A stretch of DNA of 64,000 nucleotides, taken from Chloroflexota bacterium (GTDB lineage Bacteria > Chloroflexota > UBA11872 > VXOZ01). Positions 18,252-27,613 of this stretch are shown here, in pieces (position 1 is the stretch's first letter; every line of letters begins with the position of its first letter). Position numbers and translations under genes: made by a program. The notes beneath the pieces are model-generated. The model worked only from the letters and a program-made list of their open reading frames with translations. It was not told the DNA's origin and ran no database searches. The DNA lies in assembly GCA_958295775.1 (NCBI GenBank), contig CATQHC010000007.1, positions 1,061-65,060 on the forward strand. The letters run 5' to 3'.

Positions 18252-19016
18252 ATGACAACGCCAGCATTTTGCCTTGAGGACAAGGTTGCTTTGGTCACGG
18301 GGGCCAGTCGCGGCATCGGTCGGGGCATTGCCAAGGCGCTCGCTGAGGCGGGCGCAGACGTGGCGGGTGTGTCGCGTTCCGCTTCAACTGAGACGCAAAC
18401 CCAGGTGGAGGCAGCCGGTCGGCGCTACCTTTCACTGCAGGCCGATTTGGCGACGGCGACAGTGCCGGATCTGAATGCACTCGTGGACCGGACAGCCGAC
18501 CATTTCGGCCGCATCGACATCTTAGTCAACAACGCGGGAGTCACCGTCCGCAAGACCGCGTTGGAACTCACCGAAGCCGACTGGAACACCGTAATGCAAG
18601 TGAACCTCAATGCGGTATTTTTTCTCTGCCAGGCGGCGGGCCGCTACTTTGTGCCGCAAGGCAGCGGCAAGATCGTAAACATCGCCTCGCTCATGTCGTT
18701 TCAGGGCGGGCTGCAAATTGTGCCGTATGCCACGAGCAAGCACGGCGTGGCCGGCATCACGCGCGCGCTGGCCACGGATTGGGCGCCGCATGGGGTCAAC
18801 GTGAATGCGATTGCGCCGGGCTACATCGACACGGACATGACCGAGGCTTTGCAACAGAACCCCACGCGCGGCCCGGAGATTCTTGGACGCATTCCCGCCG
18901 GCCGTTGGGGCGCGACGGCCGACATCGGCAAGCTGGCCGTGTACCTTGCTTCGCCGGAATCCGACTTCATGCACGGTTCGATTGTGCCAATTGACGGCGG
19001 CTGGCTGGCGCGGTAG
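18252..19016 (+). CDS. kduD: 2-dehydro-3-deoxy-D-gluconate 5-dehydrogenase KduD-like SDR
   Basis: TGASRGIG, NNAG, IASLMSFQGG, YATSKHGVAG, NAIAPGYI, RIPAGRWG, DGGWLAR. Confidence 0.85.
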   Translation: MTTPAFCLEDKVALVTGASRGIGRGIAKALAEAGADVAGVSRSASTETQTQVEAAGRRYLSLQADLATATVPDLNALVDRTADHFGRIDILVNNAGVTVRKTALELTEADWNTVMQVNLNAVFFLCQAAGRYFVPQGSGKIVNIASLMSFQGGLQIVPYATSKHGVAGITRALATDWAPHGVNVNAIAPGYIDTDMTEALQQNPTRGPEILGRIPAGRWGATADIGKLAVYLASPESDFMHGSIVPIDGGWLAR

Positions 19017-19051
19017 TCACTTGACGTGGCGGTTCCGTGTGGCCGTGATTC

Positions 19052-19242
19052 GTATGTTGAAGTAGGCCTACAGATGAGCGAAGGTGAGAGGGTAACGCGA
19101 GGGGCGCGTCATCGGTCATTCTCGCGAATGCGGGAATCCATCTAGACAGATTGACAGCTATCTAACGAACAGTGTGTTGGCGTGCTCACTCTCCTAAGAG
19201 CGGGGGACAAGCCCCCGCGCTACAAAGAAGAAATTACCTCAA
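19052..19242. repeat. ~190-bp composite dispersed repeat, copy 2
   Basis: Matches 2846..3037. Followed by the palindrome ATGGATTCCCGC-TTTC-GCGGGAATCCAT at 19244..19271. Confidence 0.9.
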
Positions 19243-19445
19243 GATGGATTCCCGCTTTCGCGGGAATCCATCTTGATGCAACGCAGGAGCGTACAGAGAG
19301 TAGCTCCAGCTTGACGCGGCTGCCGGACACTTCGCCTGAACGGCATGGTTCGCCGCCACTCTAGATTCCGCAAGCCCTGTTCGACGCTGCGCTCGGAATG
19401 ACCACTCACGGAGATTAACAATAGGCGCACATTGCCAAGTGTGCC

Positions 19446-20672
19446 CTAGTCCGTCCACACCGCTCCGGCTACCGAAACCACCGAGCCGGCCGTTTCGTCG
19501 GCGGGGCATTGGGCATAGTCCAGCACGCGCCCGCGCGCAGCGCCAAGCAACTGCAACGCCAGGTAGATGGGCGGCAGGCCGCACACTTTCTGTCTGTCCC
19601 GGCTCTGCCGCAAGTGTCCGAGAAAAGCTTCCGGATCACCTTGGCACACGGCAGCGAGCAGCGCTCGATCAAACTGCGCAAGCTTCTCTTTTTTCTGCGC
19701 AGCCAGCGGCTGTGGGTCACCGAAGGCCGGTCCCATGTGCGCGAAATCGGCCGCGGCAACGACGAGCACGCGCCGCCCCGCGAGGGTTTCATCGAGCGCG
19801 GCCATGCTCCGTACGAGTTGCGGGAGTTCCCGGGGATGCGCCTCACCCGCGGTAAAGGGCAGAAAGGAACCGCAAAGTAGCGGTACCAGCGACACCGGCT
19901 CACCATTGCGCATGTAGTGCAGCCAGACGGCGGCCAACTCGATAGAGTGTTCCCGGCGGTGGTGAAGTTCCTCAGCGAAGAGTGAATCATCGCCCCAGGC
20001 TTCCTCAAGCCGGTCGATGACTCCTTGGTCCGTGGGCAATGTGCCCCACGGCGTGGCGTAATGCTGGCGCGTGGGCGTGAGCGCGCCCGGGCTGCCCGCG
20101 TGGTCCGTGCCGAAAATGACAACTACCTCTGCTGCCTGCACTGCCCGGCGCGCGTGACTCCAGGTGCGCGCGTAGATTGAACCGCCACGGTCGTAGTCGA
20201 TGTGCGGGCTCACGATTCCGCGAATGGCGCGCTCTTCTGGCTCTGGTTCCGCGTCTACGGCAGCCACGAACTCATCGAGCATGGATGAAAGCTCCACTGG
20301 GTCTGCCGGGTACGAGAGTCCCGCCAGGGCCGGCTGACGAAATGGCAGACTCCGGTAGGCCGCGTGCGCCTCGTCTCGCGCCGCCTGGGCCCGATTGCCC
20401 TCCAAAAGCAGCGCTGAATCGAGTTGGCCCACCAGGGACTCCAGTGTCGCCATTGGCAGCGAAATACCGTGCCGCAGGGAGAGTGCCGCTTGGATTCCGG
20501 TGAGAGAATGCTCGCCGTCGCAGAGTTCGAGCACAGGGGCGAGGGCGGCCGCAACGAGGACCGTGCCCTCGATCAACTCATCGGGGTCCCGCAGCGCGAG
20601 ACGCACGTCGCCGTTCGCCATTACCCACTCTGAGATGAGCGGCCGCACCTTGGGCTGTGCCAACGTGGACAT
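19446..20672 (-). CDS. AmmeMemoRadiSam system protein B (MEMO1 family) with N-terminal PqqD-like extension
   Basis: RQPALAGLSYPAD, VSPHIDY, GTDH, TPWG, EHSIE, AADFAHMG, VCG. About 100 extra N-terminal residues. Confidence 0.85.
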   Translation of the reverse strand: MSTLAQPKVRPLISEWVMANGDVRLALRDPDELIEGTVLVAAALAPVLELCDGEHSLTGIQAALSLRHGISLPMATLESLVGQLDSALLLEGNRAQAARDEAHAAYRSLPFRQPALAGLSYPADPVELSSMLDEFVAAVDAEPEPEERAIRGIVSPHIDYDRGGSIYARTWSHARRAVQAAEVVVIFGTDHAGSPGALTPTRQHYATPWGTLPTDQGVIDRLEEAWGDDSLFAEELHHRREHSIELAAVWLHYMRNGEPVSLVPLLCGSFLPFTAGEAHPRELPQLVRSMAALDETLAGRRVLVVAAADFAHMGPAFGDPQPLAAQKKEKLAQFDRALLAAVCQGDPEAFLGHLRQSRDRQKVCGLPPIYLALQLLGAARGRVLDYAQCPADETAGSVVSVAGAVWTD

Positions 20673-20767
20673 TTATGCACCTTGAGTTTCACCGGACAGT
20701 CTGTGCCAACGCCCTAGTATAGGGAAAGTCAACTTGACCGGGCAACTGCCGGTTCGGCGCGCAGTTC

Positions 20768-20796
20768 TTCACGCTGCTCGCGGCGCTTGCTACAAT
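20768..20796 (+). promoter_or_regulatory. Sigma70-type promoter upstream of miaB
   Basis: TTCACG-17 bp-TACAAT with an extended -10 TG. Confidence 0.5.
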
Positions 20797-20934
20797 GGAA
20801 TGACGTAAACGCAGTAATGGGTTTGGGCGTAGACTGTTCGTTACGGGAAGATATCGGCCAATTCACAATGGCTAAATTCCCCCGAATTGCAAAATTGCTG
20901 ACCGAGAATTGCTGAGAAGCAAGATGAGGAACAT

Positions 20935-22236
20935 TTGGACGTGGACCTGCGCTACCACCTGATCACATACGGCTGCCAGATGAACAAGGCCGACTCCGAG
21001 CGGCTGGGCGGCTCGTTGGAGGCGCTGGGGTACGCATGGGCGGAAGAGCCGATGCAGGCCGATCTGGTAGTAGTAAACACGTGCGCCGTGCGCCAGAGCG
21101 CCGAGGATCGCGCCCTGGGGCAGCTTGGCTGGCTCACCGGCATGAAGAAGAAAAACCCCGATCTCGGAATCGCGATGATGGGCTGTATGGTCGGTGACGA
21201 CAGCCTGGAGCGCTTGCAGGCGCGCCTGCCGCAGGTCGATGTCTTTACCAAGCCGGTAGAGTACGAACCGATTCTGGAGTTCGCCCAGAAGAAGGCCGGT
21301 AACCGGGGCATGCTGGACGAGGGCTGTTTGGAGGGCTCGCCGCTCGCAAGCGGTGGTCCATGCCGCTGGGTGCCGGTGATATACGGCTGCAACATGCGCT
21401 GCGCGTTCTGCATCGTGCCGATCCGGCGGGGCGCTGAGCGCAGCCGCCCGATCCCGGAGGTGGTGCGCGAGTTGCGCTGGCTGGTGCGGCAGGGCACGCG
21501 GGAAGTTACTCTGCTGGGGCAGACAGTGGACGACTACGGCCGCGACTTGGAGGGCCGTCCCGACTTGGCGGACTTGCTCGCGGCCTGCAGCGAGGTGCCG
21601 AAGTTAGACCGCATTCGCTTTCTCACCTCGCACCCACTCTTCATGACCGACCGCATCATCGAGGCGGTGGGCAGCCTGCCCAACGTCTGCGAGCACTTCA
21701 ATGTTGCCGTGCAGAGCGGCGACGATATGGTATTGCGCCGCATGAAGCGCGGGTATCCCGCGAGCCGTTACGCGGATTTGGTGGCGCGCATTCGCAAGAT
21801 AATCCCCCACGCCTCGATCGCGACGGACATCATTGTGGGATTCCCTGGCGAAAACGAGCAGCAATTCCAGAATACGCTCGCAATGTTAGAGCAGCTCGAA
21901 CTCGACGTGGTGCACACGGCCATGTACTCGCCGCGGCCGGGCACCAAGGCCGGCGAGGAGATGGCAGATGACGTGCCCCGCGAGGAAAAACACCAACGAC
22001 TGCTGGCAGTTGAGGCGCTGCAGGAGCGGATCGTCTCAGCCAAGAATGAACGACTGCGCGGCCGGACGCTGGACGTATTGGTGGAAGGTCAGAAGAACGG
22101 CAAGTGGTGGGGCCGCATTCGCACCGACCGGATCACCTTTTTCACCGATCCCCGCGAGGACCTGGTAGGACAGATTCTGCCGATACGCATTGACGAGACG
22201 ACGGCGTATTCGCTGCGGGGCACGGCGGTGGCGTGA
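20935..22236 (+). CDS. miaB: tRNA-2-methylthio-N6-dimethylallyladenosine synthase
   Basis: TYGCQMNKADSE, NTCAVR, GCM, radical SAM CNMRCAFC, VQSGDD, TDIIVGFPGE, C-terminal TRAM domain. Confidence 0.95.
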   Translation: MDVDLRYHLITYGCQMNKADSERLGGSLEALGYAWAEEPMQADLVVVNTCAVRQSAEDRALGQLGWLTGMKKKNPDLGIAMMGCMVGDDSLERLQARLPQVDVFTKPVEYEPILEFAQKKAGNRGMLDEGCLEGSPLASGGPCRWVPVIYGCNMRCAFCIVPIRRGAERSRPIPEVVRELRWLVRQGTREVTLLGQTVDDYGRDLEGRPDLADLLAACSEVPKLDRIRFLTSHPLFMTDRIIEAVGSLPNVCEHFNVAVQSGDDMVLRRMKRGYPASRYADLVARIRKIIPHASIATDIIVGFPGENEQQFQNTLAMLEQLELDVVHTAMYSPRPGTKAGEEMADDVPREEKHQRLLAVEALQERIVSAKNERLRGRTLDVLVEGQKNGKWWGRIRTDRITFFTDPREDLVGQILPIRIDETTAYSLRGTAVA

Positions 22237-22320
22237 GCCCATGCGGCCCGATTTCCAATCATCGGGCTGTTGGGAAAGTCTTGCGCATGCCGGTGGCGAA
22301 TTGCTACGTGTCTGGTCGTA

Positions 22321-22344
22321 CTTCGACAGGCTCAGCACGAACGG
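22321..22344. repeat. CTTCGACAGGCTCAG-family repeat
   Basis: Copies or variants at 2631, 22321, 26202, 26313 and 34221. Confidence 0.75.
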
Positions 22345-22509
22345 ACAGGGGCTGTCGAGGTTCGTGCGGGCACGGGCTGTCGAAGTCTGTACGGACGCAG
22401 GCTGTCGGATTGGTGAGCGAATGGATGCAATCTACGCCTAAGCAGCTGCGCCGAGTCTAAAGATTTCAATAAAACTAAGATCGATCATTAGCCGGATCGA
22501 GGTAATCCC

Positions 22510-23508
22510 ATGAAACTGCGGGTGGCAGGAATAGGCGCCGGGCGGCGCGCGCAGGCGCATTATCGCGCGTTGCAAGCGGTGGAAAACGCGGAAGTTATCG
22601 CGATCTGCGACGTCGACGCAGAACGGGCGCAGCAGGCCGCCGCGCCCTTTGCCGCGGCAACCTACGCCGACTACCGCGACATGCTCGATACCGAGCAGCC
22701 TGACGCCGTGTATATCATCACTCCCCCCAATATGCACGCCGAGCAGGTGGAATACGCAGCCACGCAAAAGGCCGCCATTTTCGTGGAAAAGCCCGTGGCG
22801 CTGAGCGTCCTGGATGCGCGCCGCATTCGGATGGCAGTTGAGCAGGGCGGCGTACTCTGTTGCGTCGGCTATCAGCACCGCTACGGCAGCCTGGTCGCCC
22901 GCGCCCGGGAACTCATGGCGGGGCGCGAACTAGGCCTGGCGCGCATTTGGTGGTATCAAGGCGTGCCGAAAGTCCCGTGGAACCTTGATTCGTCCCAGGG
23001 CGGCGGCCAGATTGTCGAGCAGGCGACGCATCTCCTCGACCTGTGCCGGCTCCTGGGTGGGGAAGTGGACAACGTCTTTGCGGAATTCGGCCGGAGCGCG
23101 TGGAAGGACGATAAATCTTTCCAAAATTGGGATGTCTATTCCGGCGTCTTTGCCTTCAAGACCGGCGCCGTCGGCAGCGTGGCCACCACGTATGCGCTCT
23201 TCTTCGGCCTGCCCCTGAGTTCGGGCCTTGACATCGTGAGTGAAGAAATGCTGCTGCGCTTCTCACAAGGCGAGTTGCAACAGATCACGCCGCACGGGAC
23301 CGAAGTGCATGCCGCCGCAGACCCGTCCGCTGAAGTGCGCATGGCGCAAGCGTTCTTGGCAGCCGTGGACGAGGACGACCCATCACTGGTGCAGTCATCG
23401 TTAGACGATGCCCTTAAGACGCTGGCGCTTACCCTTGCGTTCAACCGCTCCACCGCCGAGAGCCGGCCGGTTTCGCCGGAAGAGATCGAAGCTGAGATTT
23501 TTGCCTAG
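22510..23508 (+). CDS. Gfo/Idh/MocA oxidoreductase
   Basis: GIGAG, TPPNMH, FVEKP, VGYQHRY, EQATHLLD. Confidence 0.93.
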   Translation: MKLRVAGIGAGRRAQAHYRALQAVENAEVIAICDVDAERAQQAAAPFAAATYADYRDMLDTEQPDAVYIITPPNMHAEQVEYAATQKAAIFVEKPVALSVLDARRIRMAVEQGGVLCCVGYQHRYGSLVARARELMAGRELGLARIWWYQGVPKVPWNLDSSQGGGQIVEQATHLLDLCRLLGGEVDNVFAEFGRSAWKDDKSFQNWDVYSGVFAFKTGAVGSVATTYALFFGLPLSSGLDIVSEEMLLRFSQGELQQITPHGTEVHAAADPSAEVRMAQAFLAAVDEDDPSLVQSSLDDALKTLALTLAFNRSTAESRPVSPEEIEAEIFA

Positions 23509-23620
23509 CAGCGGACCTGGACGCAATAATCGGCCAAAGATAGCGGTACTGTCGTGGCTTGGGTTCTCGAAATATCCATGTTCCACCGGACGTGTTTGTA
23601 GATTGCGCACTCGCAGGCAG

Positions 23621-23644
23621 GCGCAGGTTGCAAACCTGCGCTAC
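23621..23644. repeat. GTAG-family REP (GCGCAGGTTGCAAACCTGCGCTAC)
   Basis: Hairpin ending in CTAC; variant GCACAGGTTTGTAACCTGTGCTAC at 26419..26442. Confidence 0.75.
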
Positions 23645-23864
23645 TGAGGGTTGTGTTGTTGCTTCACGAGATAGTCGCATGCGCGGGCCAGATTCTTTTG
23701 GATTCTGGCTTTCGCGGAATGACGAACTACCCAGTTCACGTAACTCAATGGGGTGACTTGCTGACTAACCGGCTGCGCAGACGCGCAAGAATGTGAGAGT
23801 AGCTCAGGGGACCCCGGCGGAATTTCAGCCCAAGCCAAGAAGAATGTCGCCAGCTTAGGAGACG

Positions 23865-24881
23865 ATGCACCCAATGCGTGACGCGAAGACCTACCACTTT
23901 CCCGTTTCTCTATTCGATCCTGAAACTGCCCACGTCGTGCGAGAACCGTTGGCAGCCGGAAACGGCCACTGGGTAGGCGCGCCGTGCGTGCTCTATCTGC
24001 CGGATGAAGCTGCGTTCTACCTCTACTATCGACGGCGGCGGCCGCGCGGACAAGAGCCCGATCGCGGCTTTGCCTGCTACGTGGCGCGCAGTGAGGACGG
24101 CAAACACTTCGAAGACATTTGGTCGGCGCCCAAGCATGCCTTTGGGGATTCCTCATCCGTCGAGAAGAGCAGCCTGGTGCGGGATGTCGACGGTCGCTTC
24201 CTGCTGTTCGTCTCGTTCGTGGACAGCGCGGATAACCGCTGGCGCATCGACATGCTGGAAGCCGACGCGCCGGCGCAGTTCGATCCGGCCTCGCGCCGGC
24301 CGGTGCTCACGGCGGCGGACATTCACGCCGAAGGCGTCAAGGACCCCTACGTATTCAACTTCGGCGGGTTATGGCACATGATTGCCAGCTACGCTCCCTC
24401 GCCCGCGGTCGTAGATGCCTCCGCGCGCTCAGCGATGCATGCCACCGCCGACGTATACAACACCGGCATTGCCAAGTCGAGCACCGGCCTGGCCGTGAGC
24501 GGCGACGGGCGCAACTGGGAATGGCAGGGCGACGTCTTTCCGCCCCGCGAGCAGGGCTGGGACAGCTATTGCAGCCGCATCTCCTCACTGGTGCGGGTTG
24601 GGCAGCAGTGGCTTGCGCTCTATGACGGTTCCGCCGATGTATCTGAGAATTACGAGGAACAGTGCGGCCTTGCCTGGTCTGCCGACGTGCGCCGCTTCAC
24701 CCGCCTGAGCGTGAACGGACCGGTGGTGCAGTCACGCGGCGGCTCCCGCTCGGTGCGCTACGTTGACGCCGTGCCGATAGGAGACGATATCTACTTCTAC
24801 TACGAGTGCGCCCGGTCGGACGGCGCGCACGATCTTCGGCTCAGCGTCATGCCCCGCGGCGACTTCTGCGCCAACAGTTGA
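23865..24881 (+). CDS. Five-bladed beta-propeller glycoside hydrolase-like protein (GH32/43/130 superfamily)
   Basis: Repeated blade motifs ARSEDGKHF, AVSGDGRNW, AWSADVRRF; also GVKDP and YEEQCG. No signal peptide. Confidence 0.65.
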   Translation: MHPMRDAKTYHFPVSLFDPETAHVVREPLAAGNGHWVGAPCVLYLPDEAAFYLYYRRRRPRGQEPDRGFACYVARSEDGKHFEDIWSAPKHAFGDSSSVEKSSLVRDVDGRFLLFVSFVDSADNRWRIDMLEADAPAQFDPASRRPVLTAADIHAEGVKDPYVFNFGGLWHMIASYAPSPAVVDASARSAMHATADVYNTGIAKSSTGLAVSGDGRNWEWQGDVFPPREQGWDSYCSRISSLVRVGQQWLALYDGSADVSENYEEQCGLAWSADVRRFTRLSVNGPVVQSRGGSRSVRYVDAVPIGDDIYFYYECARSDGAHDLRLSVMPRGDFCANS

Positions 24882-24954
24882 ATAAGCAGGCGATCTACGT
24901 TACGCGGTAATCGTCGCAACTGCCGAACAAGAAAACGTTCGCAGTAACGAAAGT

Positions 24955-24982
24955 GTAGGGGCACGGCATGTCGTGCCCCTAC
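24955..24982. repeat. GTAG-family REP palindrome
   Basis: GTAGGGGCACGGCATGTCGTGCCCCTAC, one mismatch to the copy at 18076. Confidence 0.85.
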
Positions 24983-25058
24983 AAGACTCGCGAGACCGTT
25001 CGACCGTTTTCGCTCTTCCGTTGTGGGGTTCGGATAGCCGTGCTACCATTTGGTAGCC

Positions 25059-25538
25059 ATGAACTCTATCCCCCTTTGGCGTTACATTGCCGTGGGCGTT
25101 GCCGGCGGTACGCTGTCCGGTCTCGCCGGTGTCGGCGGCGGTGTCGTCATCGTCCCCCTAATAACTGCCTACTTGGCCCTATCGCAACGCGAGGCCCATG
25201 CGGTCAGCCTGGGGGCGATCGTGCCGACGGCAATTGCCGCGGCGTTGGTCTATGCCTTGTGGCCCCGTGACGAGCCGCCGGGGAACGACGTGCCGGCGTA
25301 CATCGCGGGCGCCGGCTTCATGATCAGCGCCGTGCTCGCGGCGCCCATCGGCGTGCGCATTTCGCACCGCATCAATCAGAAGCAACTGAAACGCCTCTTT
25401 GCCGTCTTGCTCACGGCCGTCGGCCTGCGCATGCTCTTGCAGCATCCGGTGCTTGGGAATGTGATTTTGATTATCGGCTTCGTGCTCCTGGCGGTCATGG
25501 CGGTTTGGAGCCTTGTCTTCCACCGGGAAGAAGCGTGA
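25059..25538 (+). CDS. TSUP/TauE-SafE family half-size transporter subunit 1
   Basis: GTLSGLAGVGGGVVIVP, LAAPIGVRISH, LKRLFAVLL. Confidence 0.85.
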   Translation: MNSIPLWRYIAVGVAGGTLSGLAGVGGGVVIVPLITAYLALSQREAHAVSLGAIVPTAIAAALVYALWPRDEPPGNDVPAYIAGAGFMISAVLAAPIGVRISHRINQKQLKRLFAVLLTAVGLRMLLQHPVLGNVILIIGFVLLAVMAVWSLVFHREEA

Positions 25539-25993
25539 TGACGCTCGATCCCGAACTTGGCGTATTCCTCTTTAGTCTCGCCATTGGCTTTAGCGTGGGA
25601 CTGCTCAGCGGCACCATGGGCGTCGGCGGCGGCATCATCATGGTTCCGGCCGCGGTGCTCATTCTGGGCTACGGCCAGCACATCGGCCAGGGCATTTCAC
25701 TCGTGGTAATGATCCCCACCACGCTCGCCGGCGCCGTTACCCACTACCGCATGAAGAACCTCAAGTTGAAGCCGGTACTCCTTATTGCAATTGGCGCCGT
25801 CGCCGCCGGCCTCTTGGCGGCTACGCTTGCCCAGCAACTCTCGCAATCCACGCTGCAGCGGGTTTTCAGTATCTGGGTGCTGTATTCGGCCATCCGCGCC
25901 TGGGGTGTCAACGATTGGATCATGCGCCGCTTCTTCAGTCGCGAGCCTGAAGAGCACGAGGAAGACGTGCCGGAAGAGGACCCCCTTACGTGA
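25538..25993 (+). CDS. TSUP/TauE-SafE family half-size transporter subunit 2
   Basis: TGATG overlap with the previous stop. GLLSGTMGVGGGIIMVP, QGISL, LQRVF. Confidence 0.85.
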   Translation: MTLDPELGVFLFSLAIGFSVGLLSGTMGVGGGIIMVPAAVLILGYGQHIGQGISLVVMIPTTLAGAVTHYRMKNLKLKPVLLIAIGAVAAGLLAATLAQQLSQSTLQRVFSIWVLYSAIRAWGVNDWIMRRFFSREPEEHEEDVPEEDPLT

Positions 25994-26036
25994 GCCTCGC
26001 TGCGTGCGAGTGAGCCCTCGCTGCGTGCGAGTGAGC
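25990..26036 (+). repeat. Short tandem repeat GTGAGC(C)CTCGCTGCGTGCGA, two full units plus a partial third
   Basis: Seen directly; no spacers. Confidence 0.8.
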
Positions 26037-26479
26037 ACACGGCCCGCAAGGCTATTCGCTCATGCCCCTCAGCCGACGCCCCCGAATCGTGTCGATACGC
26101 TGTATTGAGTGCGGGGCCGGCTCTGAGCGTGTCTCAGCGTGAACGCGTTAGCGAAGCAACCACATTGCATGCGCGCCTGCATTGAGCCGCTCATACTTCG
26201 ACCCTTCGACAGGCTCAGCACGAACGACTCAATGCGGCCTTTCATTGGCAGGATTTCGCGGACTACGCTGGGACTAGGACTCCACCACGATTGTATTGAT
26301 GGGAATCGTAGTCCCTTCGACAGGCTCAGGACACGTTTGCAACCCCGTGTCACGCACGGGGCAGGCTCTGCGTCATCTTGCCGCAACGTGGAGCGAGCAC
26401 ACCAGACCGAGAGGCTGGGCACAGGTTTGTAACCTGTGCTACCGGCACTCATCCTCAGCAATGCAAGAATGTCGAACCA

Positions 26480-27319
26480 CTAGTCCAGCCCGAGCAGGGC
26501 CAGGCTCTCGCGGTGAATGATCCCCTCGATCACGTCTTCCGGCACGCGCGGGAGCGCCGTGCCTTCCACTAACGCGTTGGCGTTGCGCAGACCGGCCATG
26601 GTGTCTGCCGCGCTAAAGAGAGGAAAGTCCGTGCCAAAGAGCAACTTGTGGGCAGCCCCGTATTCGACGGCGGTCATGAGCGCGTTGTAGTACTGCCAGG
26701 GGCGGGGGTAGAGTCCGCTGATATCAGCGAACACATTGGGTTGTTTGCGCACCACCGCAACCGTCTCCCCGACTCCCGGGTGTCCCATGTGCGCCACAAT
26801 GATCTTCAAGGCCGGAAAGCGTATCGCCACCTCGTCCACCTGCCAGGGCTGAGCGAACCGCAGCGGCGCTTTGCGCACGAAGGTCGTGCCATGGTGCCAC
26901 ATCACGGGAGTGCCGAGGGCTTCGGCTTTGGCGAACATAGCAAACGCCTCATCCGAAAGCGGATCGTACCCCTGGTAGATGGGGCCGATCTTGAGGCCGC
27001 GCAGCCCCAACTGCTTGACCGCGTGCTCAAGCTGGTCGGGCGCTTCCGGATCATTGGCGTCAACACTCGCAAATCCGATAACGTTCTCACCGGCGCCGCG
27101 CACGTAATCGGCCACGTATTCGTTAGGCACCACAATGCCGCTGTACGGAGCATTAAGTGGGAAGACGATGATGGCGTCCACGGCGGCGGCGGCTTGCCGG
27201 TGCACCTCAGGCGGTGCGTGAATGGTGTGGTCTTTCCACGAGGCATCGAGGTCCGCCTTGAACTCTGCTGAGAGGTGCAGCGTGGAATCCGCCATATGGG
27301 AGTGAACATCTACAATCAT
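26480..27319 (-). CDS. Amidohydrolase family (Amidohydro_2) protein
   Basis: MIVDVHSH, GLKIGP, WHHG, AHMGHP, ADISG, LFGTDFP. Start set at the ATG at 27319. Confidence 0.9.
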   Translation of the reverse strand: MIVDVHSHMADSTLHLSAEFKADLDASWKDHTIHAPPEVHRQAAAAVDAIIVFPLNAPYSGIVVPNEYVADYVRGAGENVIGFASVDANDPEAPDQLEHAVKQLGLRGLKIGPIYQGYDPLSDEAFAMFAKAEALGTPVMWHHGTTFVRKAPLRFAQPWQVDEVAIRFPALKIIVAHMGHPGVGETVAVVRKQPNVFADISGLYPRPWQYYNALMTAVEYGAAHKLLFGTDFPLFSAADTMAGLRNANALVEGTALPRVPEDVIEGIIHRESLALLGLD

Positions 27320-27613
27320 GCTACCTACCGCTCTAATCCTTGGTGTCGTGTCGACTAAGTCATTCCGCTTCCGCTTGGGTAGCACTAGAATACCACGCGC
27401 ACTGTTGGCGCGCTCCCGCCGCAGTAGCGTGAGTTCAAGCGGCACGGCTTGAAATAGGCCGCGCCACGCCGTACCATAGAGATAACGAGGGCGGCCACGA
27501 AGCGGTCGCTTTCTTAATTTGGAAGTATCGCTGGACGGCGGATTCTATCGTCTGCAGGCGCACGTGTCGCATGCAGACCGTCCCGATACTATGAACAGGG
27601 TTCGAATGAGACC

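Noticed and set aside
25990-26036. Possible CRISPR array
   Set aside because: The units are directly adjacent with no spacers, there are only about two, and no cas genes are present.
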